From IMG/VR virus record IMGVR_UViG_3300005918_000018: 64,000 nt of DNA; one strand, 5' to 3'. Position numbers and translations under genes: made by a program. This DNA is from a virus (Duplodnaviria > Heunggongvirae > Uroviricota > Caudoviricetes). Below are positions 27,296-37,153 of the stretch, piece after piece (positions within the stretch are counted from its first letter, which is position 1; each line of letters opens with the position of its first letter). The notes beneath the pieces were generated by a model. That model was given only the letters and a program-made list of their open reading frames with translations. It had not been told where the DNA came from and searched no databases.

Positions 27296-28040
27296 AGGGA
27301 ATCAAAAACCAATATTCGTTAAATTGTTATCTCCTTAGTAGGAGGTGTTAATTATGTTACCCTTATTTACTGATGAAGATTTCAAAAAAGCTAAATGCAA
27401 AGAAAAACTCCCACTTAAATGTAAACACTGTGGTGAAATATTTTATCAAACTAAACATCGTATATATGCAGGGCTACGTCCAACTCATACAAACACCACA
27501 GATTTCTGTAGTCAGGCTTGTAGTGTTAAATATCGACGGATAGGGCATCGGGTTGAGTTTGACTGTGAACAATGTAATCAACCCTCCAGTAAAAGATTAT
27601 CTCAATATAAAAGATCCAAACATCATTTTTGTGGCCATATTTGTTCAGCTACCTACTATAATCAAAGGAAACAAACTGGAACTCGGAGGTCAAAATTTGA
27701 AGTTTGGGTTGAAGAGCAGTTGGTCTCCTTATACCCTGACTTGGAATTCCATTTCAATAGGAAAGATGCCATCCAATCTGAATTGGATGTTTATATCCCT
27801 GAATTAAAACTAGCCTTTGAAATCAACGGTATCTTTCATTATGAGCCAATCTTTGGACAAGATAAGTTATCTAAAATACAAAACAATGACCATCGAAAAT
27901 TTCAGGCTTGTGCCGAGAAGGGTATTAGTCTTTGTATTATTGATACTTCAACTTTGAAATATATTAAACCTAAAAAAACTCAAAAATTCCTTGATATTAT
28001 TACCACTATCATTGATCAAACTCTTAGCCTTGATAATTAA
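27296..28040 (+). repeat. dispersed paralogous cassette A (leader + Zn-ribbon/nuclease-like CDS)
   Basis: ~80% nt identity to 56590-57330 and 59620-60359, including the 45-nt leader CAATATTCGTTAAATTGTTATCTCCTTAGTAGGAGGTGTT. Confidence 0.7.
27345..28040 (+). CDS. Zn-ribbon + putative nuclease-like C-terminal domain protein, paralog A
   Basis: 231 aa. Repeated CxxC pairs N-terminally. Conserved C-terminal 'RRSKFEVWVEEQLVSLYPDLEFHFNRKDAIQSELDVYIPELKLAFEINGIFHYEP'. Confidence 0.6.
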   Translation: MLIMLPLFTDEDFKKAKCKEKLPLKCKHCGEIFYQTKHRIYAGLRPTHTNTTDFCSQACSVKYRRIGHRVEFDCEQCNQPSSKRLSQYKRSKHHFCGHICSATYYNQRKQTGTRRSKFEVWVEEQLVSLYPDLEFHFNRKDAIQSELDVYIPELKLAFEINGIFHYEPIFGQDKLSKIQNNDHRKFQACAEKGISLCIIDTSTLKYIKPKKTQKFLDIITTIIDQTLSLDN

Positions 28041-28089
28041 ACCAAGTTACCATCTGACACCACGAGGAGGTGTTTTGATTACGTCAGAT

Positions 28090-28160
28090 AGCCGTATGAG
28101 GGAATCGAACCCTCCTTACATCCTTACCAAGGATGTGCCCTACCACTGGACTAATACGGC
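28090..28160 (-). tRNA. tRNA-Thr(GGU)
   Basis: Minus-strand read GCCGTATTAGTCCAGTGGTAGGGCACATCCTTGGTAAGGATG..GAGGGTTCGATTCCCTCATACGGC. Anticodon loop TTGGTAA. Confidence 0.7.
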
Positions 28161-28162
28161 AT

Positions 28163-28238
28163 TGGTACCGTCAAGCGGAGTCGAACCGCTGACACCCTGG
28201 CGACAAACCAGGTGCTCTGCCAACTGAGCTATGACGGT
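28163..28238 (-). tRNA. tRNA (anticodon loop TTTGTCG; UGU/Thr-like, position 37 atypical)
   Basis: Acceptor ACCGTCA/TGACGGT plus A-CCA. D-arm TAGCTCAGTTGGCAGAGCA. T-arm AGCGG-TTCGACT-CCGCT. Confidence 0.6.
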
Positions 28239-28252
28239 CAAAGGTTAGTTAC

Positions 28253-30223
28253 CTAACCAATGTAATATGTTAAAGAACGGTCTTTATTTTCTTTGAGGAC
28301 CAACTCAGTAAATTCTTCAATGGTGATAGACTTCACTGTTTTGTCATCACGTCTCCTCACGGAAACCGTGCGTTGATCTACTTCTCTTTTACCCACGATA
28401 AGCATGTAGGGTACTTTCATTTCGTGAGCCAGACGGATTTTGTGTTGGAGGCTCTCATCTTTGTCATCAACAGTAGCACGGATCATCTGGCTACGGAGGA
28501 TGTCTTTAACCTCATTTGCATAACCACCGAACTTTTCACTGCTGATCGGCAGAATACGAACCTGTTCCGGGGCTAACCAAGTCGGCATTGCTCCGGCATA
28601 ATGCTCAATGAGGTTTGAAACAAAGCGTTCCAGAGATCCCAGAATAGCTCTGTGGATCATGATAGGAGTTTGCTTAGTGCCATCCTCAGCAATGTAAGTC
28701 AAACCGAATCTCTCAGGCATTGAGAAATCAACCTGAATGGTTCCACACTGCCATGAACGTCCGATAGCATCCTTGAGATGGTAATCAATCTTAGGACCGT
28801 AGAAAGCACCGTCTCCTTCATTGATGGTGTAATCCATATCTTTCTTGTCCAAAGCAGTTTTCAAAGCAGCCTCGGCAGCTTCCCATTGCTCATCAGTACC
28901 AATGGAGTTATTAGGTCTGGTGGACAGTTCCACTTTGTAGTCCAGGAAACCAAAGGCACTGTAGGTACTATGCACCAAGTCAATCACACTGATGATTTCA
29001 TCATTCAACTGTGACGGAGTGCAATAGATATGAGCATCATCCTGAGTGAAGCCTCTTACACGAGTCAACCCGTGGAGTTCACCGGACTGTTCGTGACGAT
29101 GGACAAAACCAAACTCAGCCATCTTGACAGGCAGATCCCTGTAGGAATAATGATGGTCTTTGTAAACCAAAGTGCCACCAGGACAGTTCATAGGCTTGAC
29201 AGCATAGTCGATAATACGGTCAGAGGACATTTCATTGTCTTTCTCGTTGATTGTAGTGGCGTACATCTTGTCTTTGTAGTTATCCCAGTGACCACTTTTT
29301 TTCCACATCTCGTTATTCAACAAGGTTGCTGTTCTGATCTCCTCAAATCCACGTTTAAAGTTCATTTCCTTACAGAAGTTGAGGACGTTATCAAATATCA
29401 CAGTACCATTGCCGTGCCAGAACGGGAAACCTTGAGCTTCCTTATGGAAGCTGAATAAATCAAGTTCTTCACTTTTTCCCAGTGTTCGATGGTCTCTTTT
29501 CTTAGCTTCTACCAACATTGCAAGGTGGGCATCAAGTTCTTCTTTGTCAGAGAAAGCATACACATAGATACGTTGAAGCTGCTTTGGTGTACCCATCCAA
29601 TAAGCACCAGCAACTGATTTTATCTTGAAGCTGTCGGGGTTGATACAACCCGTAGATGGAACATGCGGTCCTTTACACCAGTCCGTGAAATCAGCCTGTT
29701 TATAGAAACTGGAAACATCACCAACACCAACTTTGTCAGTAACCATCTCCATTTTAAGAGGGGATTTCATCTTTTCCAAGAGTTCCAAACTCTCTTCTTT
29801 AGACAACTCGAAGCGGGTGACAGGGATGTTTTCTGCAATGATTCTTTTCATCTCAGCTTCGATTTTCTCGAAGTCCGAAGGGCTGAATTTATACTCTGTA
29901 TCAAAATCATAGTAAAATCCATCGTCAACAGGCGGTCCTGCTGCAAGATCAATATCAATATCACTATACAGTCTGCTTACAGCCTGAGCCAAGATATGTG
30001 ATGAAGTGTGGCGGGTAACGTCAAGTACTTCGGCAGCACTGACTTCTTCAAGGATCATGTCCTCTGTAATTGGGGTTGCCAGATCAATAATCTCACCGTT
30101 GACTTTGGCTACCAAGTCTTTTACACCAAGAATATTTCCGAGAGGTATTCCTACCTCTGCCACAAAATCTTCACTGTTCGGGTTTGAAAAAGATATTATA
30201 CATTTACTCATAGCATACTCCAT
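28253..30223 (-). CDS. thrS: threonine--tRNA ligase (ThrRS)
   Basis: 656 aa. N-terminal TGS-like region. 'HTSSHILAQAV' is the editing-domain HxxxH. The class II core 'FVHRHEQSGELHGLTRVRGFTQDDAHIYC' is motif 2/3. C-terminal anticodon-binding region. Confidence 0.85.
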   Translation of the reverse strand: MEYAMSKCIISFSNPNSEDFVAEVGIPLGNILGVKDLVAKVNGEIIDLATPITEDMILEEVSAAEVLDVTRHTSSHILAQAVSRLYSDIDIDLAAGPPVDDGFYYDFDTEYKFSPSDFEKIEAEMKRIIAENIPVTRFELSKEESLELLEKMKSPLKMEMVTDKVGVGDVSSFYKQADFTDWCKGPHVPSTGCINPDSFKIKSVAGAYWMGTPKQLQRIYVYAFSDKEELDAHLAMLVEAKKRDHRTLGKSEELDLFSFHKEAQGFPFWHGNGTVIFDNVLNFCKEMNFKRGFEEIRTATLLNNEMWKKSGHWDNYKDKMYATTINEKDNEMSSDRIIDYAVKPMNCPGGTLVYKDHHYSYRDLPVKMAEFGFVHRHEQSGELHGLTRVRGFTQDDAHIYCTPSQLNDEIISVIDLVHSTYSAFGFLDYKVELSTRPNNSIGTDEQWEAAEAALKTALDKKDMDYTINEGDGAFYGPKIDYHLKDAIGRSWQCGTIQVDFSMPERFGLTYIAEDGTKQTPIMIHRAILGSLERFVSNLIEHYAGAMPTWLAPEQVRILPISSEKFGGYANEVKDILRSQMIRATVDDKDESLQHKIRLAHEMKVPYMLIVGKREVDQRTVSVRRRDDKTVKSITIEEFTELVLKENKDRSLTYYIG

Positions 30224-30361
30224 TCATTTTGCGTTGTACTAAACAATAGTAAATCTTGCACTACAATTATATTTACCCCAAACTCGTCAAGAGCACTCAC
30301 TCCTGCTTCGGGATAGTAACGACCTACTTGTAAGATTTCAGTCTTCATTGAATTCACCTTT

Positions 30362-30437
30362 AAGTAAAAAATGGAGCCAACAGCCAGAATCGAACTGGCC
30401 ACCTACTGATTACGAATCAGTTGCTCTACCAGATGAG
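30362..30437 (-). tRNA. tRNA-Thr(CGU)
   Basis: Minus-strand read GCCGACATAGCTCATCTGGTAGAGCAACTGATTCGTAATCAGT..CCAGTTCGATTCTGGCTGTTGGCTCCA. Confidence 0.7.
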
Positions 30438-30456
30438 CTATGTCGGCTTACCCTAG

Positions 30457-30642
30457 CTAAGAATTATTAGAAATAGATTCTGCTAGGCTTGATAATTCTG
30501 AAACAGCCTTGAAAACTTCATCAAGGTCTCGTAGTTTTTCCATACTACCTTCATCATAGTTTGCATCTAAAACCAGAAAATTGTCTCTAGCCATCTTAAG
30601 ATGGTAAAGAGTAGTTTCTTTTAGTTTTTCCTTATGGGTCAT
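30457..30642 (-). CDS. small hypothetical protein
   Basis: 61 aa, MTHKEKLKETTLYHLKMARDNFLVLDANYDEGSMEKLRDL.. Confidence 0.4.
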   Translation of the reverse strand: MTHKEKLKETTLYHLKMARDNFLVLDANYDEGSMEKLRDLDEVFKAVSELSSLAESISNNS

Positions 30643-30654
30643 TGCTTACTTCCT

Positions 30655-30933
30655 TTAATAATCCTGATAGCCTAACTGAGCAGCATATTCGGCTGCCTCT
30701 GCCATAGCCATCATATTTTCTTCATCAGTCAATTCTACTGTTTCTCTGGTATCTGTTCTTGTTACTGACCGTTGAACCAGAACTTTAGTGTTGTCTGTCA
30801 AAGACAGATCCTCTGGAAAATGTACGTAATATACAACTTCAAGTGTAGGTGTATCTGCATCGGGGGATTGTCGTTCAAACTGGACTTTAATAACTGTCTG
30901 TTTGTGTGCTGCTAACTCGTGCATGATTCTCAT
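30655..30933 (-). CDS. hypothetical protein
   Basis: 92 aa. Confidence 0.45.
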   Translation of the reverse strand: MRIMHELAAHKQTVIKVQFERQSPDADTPTLEVVYYVHFPEDLSLTDNTKVLVQRSVTRTDTRETVELTDEENMMAMAEAAEYAAQLGYQDY

Positions 30934-30999
30934 ATTGTCATCCTATCTCTACGTTTCTGTTCTTTTTCAATAGCTACGCAAGCCCTTTTCCAATCAGGC

Positions 31000-32073
31000 T
31001 TACATAAATTTACAAGACATGAAGATTGGACAGCCATTCACACTACGTGGGCCGGCTTTCGAGTAATCTTCCCATACTATACCCAGATTCTCAGTATGGC
31101 CTGTTACCACACCTTTCCAAGCAAGGTTTCTTTTCAGGCTGGCTAAATCCCAGTCTGCTACTATCTTATCAAAGTCTTGGTTTTCAATATCATATTGTTT
31201 CCGATCTTCTGCAAGATTAGCTTTCAGTTCATTGATCTGGTCATTAATCTTTTGACATTGGATTTCCCATCCAGCCTTCTCGTCGGCATAATCTTTATCC
31301 AGTTTGGCATTCTTAACCTTAAAGGTTTCTAAATATTCAACCTTCTTATCCTTAGGGGCCTGTTGGAATTCAATCTGGCTCTGGATATCAGCCAGTATTT
31401 CTGGATCAGGTTTGATCTCTGAGGGCTTGTTGGGCTTATCAGGTTTCACTGGGTATGCTGGAATTGAAGGTTTCTTAGAAAGTTTTGGTTCGTCATCGGG
31501 TTCGGGAGGAAGTTTATCCTCAATTAATGCCATTACATCTTTAGGTATCTCCAAAGCACCGAACATCAGAGGCATGAAAACCATTCCCAGACTGGTACCC
31601 CTGCAATGCTTATCAGTAAAAATCAAACCTTCCATGTAACGAAGGACAAATTGCTTCAAGTCGTCCGAAGACATTGGGTACAACTTCAACTGGTGGTTGG
31701 CAATAGCTTCAAACCCTACTTTAAGTAAAACAGCCTCCTCACTTCCTGTCAAGAGCTTCTGAGTGCCGTCAATACCAATCTCCAAGCGGAACTCTTGAAC
31801 TAGATCATAAGCCGTCTCCAACTCATCACACTTAGGCTCCCAAGTTAAAGTCATTATCTTGGAAGATCGTGTAATCGAAACTGTCCATTTAGGGCATTTC
31901 CAAGTTTTCTTGGTCTTCGTTTCTTTGGTTGGTTTCCCATACCTGTTTCCGAAAACATAATCCAAGTTATCAGATGCAGGATAACCCCACATGATATGAT
32001 TCAAGGTACTTTGAATCCATTCCAGATCATCGGGAGGCCCAATGTATATTTGTTTTTTTCTCAAGTCTTCCAT
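31000..32073 (-). CDS. hypothetical protein
   Basis: 357 aa. Start overlaps the stop of 32073..34916. Confidence 0.5.
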   Translation of the reverse strand: MEDLRKKQIYIGPPDDLEWIQSTLNHIMWGYPASDNLDYVFGNRYGKPTKETKTKKTWKCPKWTVSITRSSKIMTLTWEPKCDELETAYDLVQEFRLEIGIDGTQKLLTGSEEAVLLKVGFEAIANHQLKLYPMSSDDLKQFVLRYMEGLIFTDKHCRGTSLGMVFMPLMFGALEIPKDVMALIEDKLPPEPDDEPKLSKKPSIPAYPVKPDKPNKPSEIKPDPEILADIQSQIEFQQAPKDKKVEYLETFKVKNAKLDKDYADEKAGWEIQCQKINDQINELKANLAEDRKQYDIENQDFDKIVADWDLASLKRNLAWKGVVTGHTENLGIVWEDYSKAGPRSVNGCPIFMSCKFM

Positions 32074-34916
32074 TAGTTTTTCTTTACTCTCTTTCCTCGA
32101 CGCCCACCACGGACATCAGCCAGTTCATTCAGTTTAGCAATCAGCATCTTGGGGATTTCTCTTATCTTGTCAGAATACACATAATCATCAAATAAGCCTT
32201 TAACATATTGAGCACCTGACCCGACACCTACACCAATGATGTAAATACCAGCTTCACGGGCAAGCCTGATTTGACGTTGGATAATCGGCTCATGGCCACC
32301 ATCAGGGCAACCATCGGTAATAACAAACATGAATCTGTGAGCTTCTTCTCTGGAGCTTAGTTCTTGAAGGGCATACTCAGTACCATCAGCCATTGGAGTA
32401 CTGCCCGTAGCTTGAGTATTGGCAAATCTCCACTGGACAGTTTTGAAACGCTCATGCCAAGTTTTGAAAACGTCAATCCGAACACCGTCAAAACGGTGAT
32501 ATCCTTTACCTCGTTCAGACGAGTCAATTTCTATATCATCCCGTTGATTCTTAGCTGCACCCCAACCATTCCTGAATCCGCAGGCCATTGTAGCACAACC
32601 AAGGCTGTCTAAGGGTTCTACAATAGCTGTCATCATTCGAGTTGCTAACTCTAAAAGGTGACCCATTGAGGATGATTCATCCACAACTATAGCAGCTGCC
32701 ATAGTCATATCAACTTGCTGGCCTTTCTTGTAATAGGCTTTATTAGGACTCTGTCTACCTTTTAGGCAGATTTTGGAATCCACAAGAAACCGGTTCGATA
32801 AACCACGTCCTTTAGAAACACCGTGATACGTGCTGGTCATTTCAATAGACCTGATTACGGTTCGTAAACGTGCTCTGAAATAAGCAGACTCAGCTTTGAC
32901 GGATTTTATAACATTTCCGGCTTGTTCTCTATCATATTCTTTCCCTCGACTTGAAGGTTTCACAAATTCGATTATATCCAAGCTGGGGTCATATGGTTTC
33001 CAGATCTGTTCACCGCTCTTTAATTTGATAATTTTATCTTCTTTATCTTGAGCTTCCTCAAATGCACCCTGTAGGGCTGAATTGTTATTTTGAATGCCAG
33101 TATCTTTTTCGGCAGCAGCATCTTCCATTGCATTTTCTGCAATGTTTGACCAATCGTTACCCTCTAAAGGGCCGTCTTTATAGTCGTGTCCGCCGGCAGC
33201 ATTTTGGTGTTGGTCAGATTCAGAGTCCCCTTCACCATCACCTGTCTCGGTTTCATCATCAGGGTCTCCATTGTCATCAGTCCCTTCGGAGTCCTTTGAA
33301 TCATCCCCTGAATCACCATCAGAATCTTCACCTGAATCTTCATCAGAATCACCATCAGAATCTTCACCTGAATGCTCTTGGTGACCGTTATCTTCGTCTC
33401 CATCCTTATCAGAGTCCTTATCGGAGTCTTTACCAGAACCCTCAGAATCCCCATCTTCATCAGATTCCTCATCTTTACCAGACCCGTCTGATTTTTCATC
33501 GGAGTCTTCATCACCGTCTTTATCTGACCCAGAACCATCTTGGTCATCATCACCATCTTGGTCATCACCATCTTTACCAGAGGATTTCCCTTTACCGTTT
33601 TGGCCTTCACTATCATCACCTTCTTTACCATCTTGGCCTTCACCGTCTTGCCCGTCTTGGCTATCACCATCCTCATCACCGTCTTGGTCATCACCATCTT
33701 GGCCGTCTTGATTTTCACCATCCTCATCACTCTCAAAATCTTCGGGGTCAAACCCTTCAAACTTCGGGCTTTTTTGAGGTTTTCCTGACTGTTGGTCGTC
33801 TTGAGGTTTTTCTTTCTTTAATTGGACATCAATTTCTTCTTGGTATCCACAGACGGTACAAGTGACGATGCCTTTTCCTTTGACTTTGCCACCGTTGCCA
33901 TCAGGTTTGGGGCGTACAACCAGCTTATCAGCCTCTGCACCGCATTTAGGACATTTTGTTTCCCCATCTCCAGCACCCTGTTGTTGATTCTCTTGGTCTG
34001 ATTCATTTTGTTCAGCTAAATCAGCAATGAGAGCCAGAACATCCATTGCTCTTGTGAGACAGCCGATATCATCATGAGCTTTCATTTTGATACAGGCGTC
34101 TACCAGAGGTCTGAGTGGTCCTTTGGAGACCATGTCACAGGCTTCAATATTTTCTTTTTTGTAGGATGCAATAGCATCTCTTTGGATTTCAGTATTATAG
34201 CCGAGACCTAAATCTCGGAAAGCTCTTGTAATGATAGACATTGTACATTGAGATTCAGTCGGTCCAGGCATCCCCACCTCTTCCATCCGAGCTTTACCTT
34301 CTTCAATATTCTTCTTCTCCATAGCCAAAATGAAATCTTGAAGGTCACATAATTTAACAAAAACACCTTCAAATTCTTTACGGCCACATTGTTCAATTCT
34401 GATATCCTCAATGATATTAGACCATTCCAAAAGAGGTTTGGTCAAAACTGACCAGTCTTTTACTTTAGCCCATCTGGGAATGACAACATCAGCAATCTCA
34501 TTTGTTTCGAGAGGACGACGGCAGGAATACTTGGAATGGAAAGCTTCGTGGTAAGCACCACCTGTCAGAGCCATTGCAGTTCTGATAGGAAGCAGGTCAG
34601 GAGTGTTGGCAATTACTATTTCACGATGAGGAGGTTCCTCATCATTGGCTTCCTTGACCCATTCAGCCACATCTTTTTTGACAGGGACGCACTCAGGGTT
34701 TTCTTTTGCCCACTCACACATATGCTTTATAAGGTAACGAGTTGTCCATCTGTCTTTGTTGAAAAACATAGAACCCCGACTGAATACATCAGGGGTATCG
34801 TTTCCTAAGATACCGATAACAGACTGTTTATGAGTCCTACGGTATCTTTCACCTTTTAGCATTATAAGCTTTTTTTCTTTAAGCTTTTTTTCTTTAGGTT
34901 TTTTATTTTTTAACAT
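32073..34916 (-). CDS. CobT-like vWA-domain protein with polyacidic disordered linker and zinc ribbon
   Basis: 947 aa. The C-terminal vWA MIDAS 'VVDESSSMG' is DxSxS. Central zinc ribbon CPKCG..CTVCG. A ~250-aa D/E/G/S/Q-rich linker. N-terminal CobT-like region. Confidence 0.65.
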   Translation of the reverse strand: MLKNKKPKEKKLKEKKLIMLKGERYRRTHKQSVIGILGNDTPDVFSRGSMFFNKDRWTTRYLIKHMCEWAKENPECVPVKKDVAEWVKEANDEEPPHREIVIANTPDLLPIRTAMALTGGAYHEAFHSKYSCRRPLETNEIADVVIPRWAKVKDWSVLTKPLLEWSNIIEDIRIEQCGRKEFEGVFVKLCDLQDFILAMEKKNIEEGKARMEEVGMPGPTESQCTMSIITRAFRDLGLGYNTEIQRDAIASYKKENIEACDMVSKGPLRPLVDACIKMKAHDDIGCLTRAMDVLALIADLAEQNESDQENQQQGAGDGETKCPKCGAEADKLVVRPKPDGNGGKVKGKGIVTCTVCGYQEEIDVQLKKEKPQDDQQSGKPQKSPKFEGFDPEDFESDEDGENQDGQDGDDQDGDEDGDSQDGQDGEGQDGKEGDDSEGQNGKGKSSGKDGDDQDGDDDQDGSGSDKDGDEDSDEKSDGSGKDEESDEDGDSEGSGKDSDKDSDKDGDEDNGHQEHSGEDSDGDSDEDSGEDSDGDSGDDSKDSEGTDDNGDPDDETETGDGEGDSESDQHQNAAGGHDYKDGPLEGNDWSNIAENAMEDAAAEKDTGIQNNNSALQGAFEEAQDKEDKIIKLKSGEQIWKPYDPSLDIIEFVKPSSRGKEYDREQAGNVIKSVKAESAYFRARLRTVIRSIEMTSTYHGVSKGRGLSNRFLVDSKICLKGRQSPNKAYYKKGQQVDMTMAAAIVVDESSSMGHLLELATRMMTAIVEPLDSLGCATMACGFRNGWGAAKNQRDDIEIDSSERGKGYHRFDGVRIDVFKTWHERFKTVQWRFANTQATGSTPMADGTEYALQELSSREEAHRFMFVITDGCPDGGHEPIIQRQIRLAREAGIYIIGVGVGSGAQYVKGLFDDYVYSDKIREIPKMLIAKLNELADVRGGRRGKRVKKN
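33180..33760. repeat. low-complexity tandem repeats encoding the polyacidic linker
   Basis: Direct 27-nt repeats AATCACCATCAGAATCTTCACCTGAAT x2, plus GGTCATCACCATCTTGG-type repeats. Alternative-frame ORFs here are artefacts. Confidence 0.7.
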
Positions 34917-34954
34917 CCAAAATCTCCTTAAAACTGCTCACGGGTTTATTACCC

Positions 34955-34992
34955 GCTTATCCCAACAACCCACAAGAAATCAAAACTAAGCC
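34955..34992 (-). promoter_or_regulatory. conserved phage promoter-like motif copy 7 (divergent pair, minus)
   Basis: Upstream of the CobT-like gene start (34916). Confidence 0.6.
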
Positions 34993-35013
34993 AAAAACAA
35001 AAATAAAATAATT

Positions 35014-35055
35014 AGCTTAGTTTTGAAAAGTTGTGGGTTGTTGAAGTGTAAAAAG
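35014..35055 (+). promoter_or_regulatory. conserved phage promoter-like motif copy 8 (divergent pair, plus)
   Basis: AGCTTAGTTTTGAAAAGTTGTGGGTTGTTGAAGTGTAAAAAG, 43 nt upstream of the CobS-like start. Confidence 0.6.
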
Positions 35056-35097
35056 GGTAGAACTTAATGAACTGACCAAACTAATGTAGGAGTTAAT

Positions 35098-36318
35098 ATG
35101 GCCACAGCACTTATTAAAACAATCAAATGTAAGATTTGCGGACAAGAGGAAAAAGACTATCTTGTCCCCCATCTATTAGAAAAACATGGCTTAACGGCTC
35201 AGGAATATCTGGACAAATACCCAGGTGCTCCTATTACCAGTCAACGTCTGCTGGATTCTTACCAAAAACTGACGAAAACTACTCGTCGGGCACACCCTCT
35301 CAAACTTGAAGAACTTACTATAAACTTTGCTAAAATTGAATTTGCAGTCAATTGGGATGTACCTGCTTCGGCTTGTCTTCCTCTCCCTGATCATTATGCC
35401 ACCCCAACTAAAGGGATGTTGGGTGAAGATATCCAACATGCTGCAACGGCTCTGAAATTCCACCGTTCTCAGTACATTTGGGGAATGCCTGGAACGGGTA
35501 AAGATGCCCTTTTCCATGCATGGTCTGCTTTGACCAGAACTCCTGCTATTATGAGACAGGTAAAACCTGGAACTGATATTGAAAGTTGGTTTTTTACCAG
35601 AGCTTTCAATGAGAAAGGAACTTTTTGGGAGGAGGGGGCTGTTTTGAAAGCTATCCGTGATGGATATCTGACTGCAACAGGCCGTCGAATCCCTTATCTT
35701 CTCCTGATTACAGATTTTGACAGGGCTGATAGAGAACAAGGTGAACACCTTCGACTCATTACAGACTCTATCCAAGGGCGTATTGATGGGCCTGCTGGTG
35801 TGACTTATGAGGTATTTCCAAATACTTGGGTGGTGGCTACGGCCAACACTGCCGGTTCGGGTGATGACCGAGGGAGAATGATCTCAGCCAATCCGCTGGA
35901 TGCTTCCTTATTGGATAGGTTTGAGAGAAAGTTCCAGTTCCATTGGATGGAATGGAAAGACGAAGGACCTATTTTAAAAGCTAAGTTCCCATTGCTGGCT
36001 CAAAAGACTCCAAGTGTTTTCCCGAAAATGGCTGCTGTTACTAAAGCTTTGAGGTCAGCTATCTTGAATGGAGACCTCTACGGAGAATTTAGTCACCGTG
36101 GTTGTTGTGCTATTTTAGGTCATGCTCAGGATCTTCTGGTATGCCATAAAGAAATCCCGACAAACCTGATGAAAATTGCCAGTAGAGCTTGGGTAGATTG
36201 TCTACCTGATGCAGAAAACAGAGATGCTGCAAGGAAAATAATGGATGCCCAGTTTAAGATGTTAGACGAGGGTGATACTTCACATATCAGTAGTGGTAGT
36301 GGGGGTTTGGATTTTTAA
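35098..36318 (+). CDS. MucR/Ros-type Zn-finger fused to CobS/MoxR-like AAA+ ATPase
   Basis: N-terminal 'CKICGQEEKDYLVPHLLEKHGLTAQEY' is a Ros/MucR C2H2-like finger. Walker A 'GMPGTGKD'. Walker B 'LLLITDFD'. Sensor region 'VVATANTAGS'. Confidence 0.6.
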   Translation: MATALIKTIKCKICGQEEKDYLVPHLLEKHGLTAQEYLDKYPGAPITSQRLLDSYQKLTKTTRRAHPLKLEELTINFAKIEFAVNWDVPASACLPLPDHYATPTKGMLGEDIQHAATALKFHRSQYIWGMPGTGKDALFHAWSALTRTPAIMRQVKPGTDIESWFFTRAFNEKGTFWEEGAVLKAIRDGYLTATGRRIPYLLLITDFDRADREQGEHLRLITDSIQGRIDGPAGVTYEVFPNTWVVATANTAGSGDDRGRMISANPLDASLLDRFERKFQFHWMEWKDEGPILKAKFPLLAQKTPSVFPKMAAVTKALRSAILNGDLYGEFSHRGCCAILGHAQDLLVCHKEIPTNLMKIASRAWVDCLPDAENRDAARKIMDAQFKMLDEGDTSHISSGSGGLDF

Positions 36319-37107
36319 ATGACAACTAAACTCACAGCAAAAGATTTTAAAGACCCGCTTATGCTTGTTATGTCTGAATTGACAGAAACTAAAGCGGATT
36401 CTCCTATAGAATTTGAAACAACTTTAACCCCGATTTGTAAACTGATGGATATTACTATGGATCAGTTTGGAAATGATCCAAGTTCGGGTGCCCCGAAAGT
36501 AAGAAAATGGATTCAGTGGGCTTTTAAAGATTTGAAAAAAAGTGGTTATACAAAAACAACCGGTCGTGGCCAGTGGGCCTTGACAGATGCAGGAGTGCTT
36601 CTTATGACAACACAAGTCCCAGAAAATAAAACTTCAGATAAAACTGATGCTATTTCAACCAGTACTTTGTTTAGCACTCTCCAACCTGAGAATGCTTACC
36701 ATATGGATGACTACATCCGAACGCTGGCTGCTCAAAATACAAAATGTTTCAGGTATTATGCACAACAAAGCCCTATCTGTGGAGCTTGCCCTATCAATAC
36801 GGCATGTGCTAATGCTATGATGTCTGAGCTAGTAGGGCTTGCCAAGAAATTACATACTCAGGATGTCACAAGAGCAGCTCGGGAAAAAGCAAAAGATAAA
36901 GCCGATCAATCAGATTCTCATACCAGCCCTGCCCCTACAAAAATGCCCAAAGGAGGTGCTGACCCTGTATTGATTCATCAAACTTCTGTTTGTGGTGTCT
37001 GTGGAAAACCTATCCTAAAAGGGACTTATGCTTGCTGGATTACGGCCTCCGTTGGAGAAAGTGCTGGGTTATATCATCCTGAATGTTATGAAGAAAATGA
37101 TAAGTAG
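36319..37107 (+). CDS. hypothetical protein with C-terminal Cys cluster
   Basis: 262 aa. The stop of the upstream gene abuts this ATG. Confidence 0.5.
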   Translation: MTTKLTAKDFKDPLMLVMSELTETKADSPIEFETTLTPICKLMDITMDQFGNDPSSGAPKVRKWIQWAFKDLKKSGYTKTTGRGQWALTDAGVLLMTTQVPENKTSDKTDAISTSTLFSTLQPENAYHMDDYIRTLAAQNTKCFRYYAQQSPICGACPINTACANAMMSELVGLAKKLHTQDVTRAAREKAKDKADQSDSHTSPAPTKMPKGGADPVLIHQTSVCGVCGKPILKGTYACWITASVGESAGLYHPECYEENDK

Positions 37108-37153
37108 GGTATGATAGGAGTAACACCTGATACTGATTTATAGGAGATAACTG

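Noticed and set aside
30208-30402. 64-aa minus ORF
   Set aside because: Overlaps tRNA-Thr(CGU) and lacks an RBS.
33300-33380. Tandem 27-nt direct repeats (possible CRISPR/minisatellite)
   Set aside because: Only two units, no spacers, and they are in frame within a coding region (acidic linker). Not a CRISPR array.
33062-33865. 267-aa His/Leu-rich plus ORF and 198-aa Met/Lys-rich minus ORF (33164..33760)
   Set aside because: Both are alternative frames of the tandem-repeat DNA that encodes the polyacidic linker of the CobT-like gene. Low-complexity artefacts.
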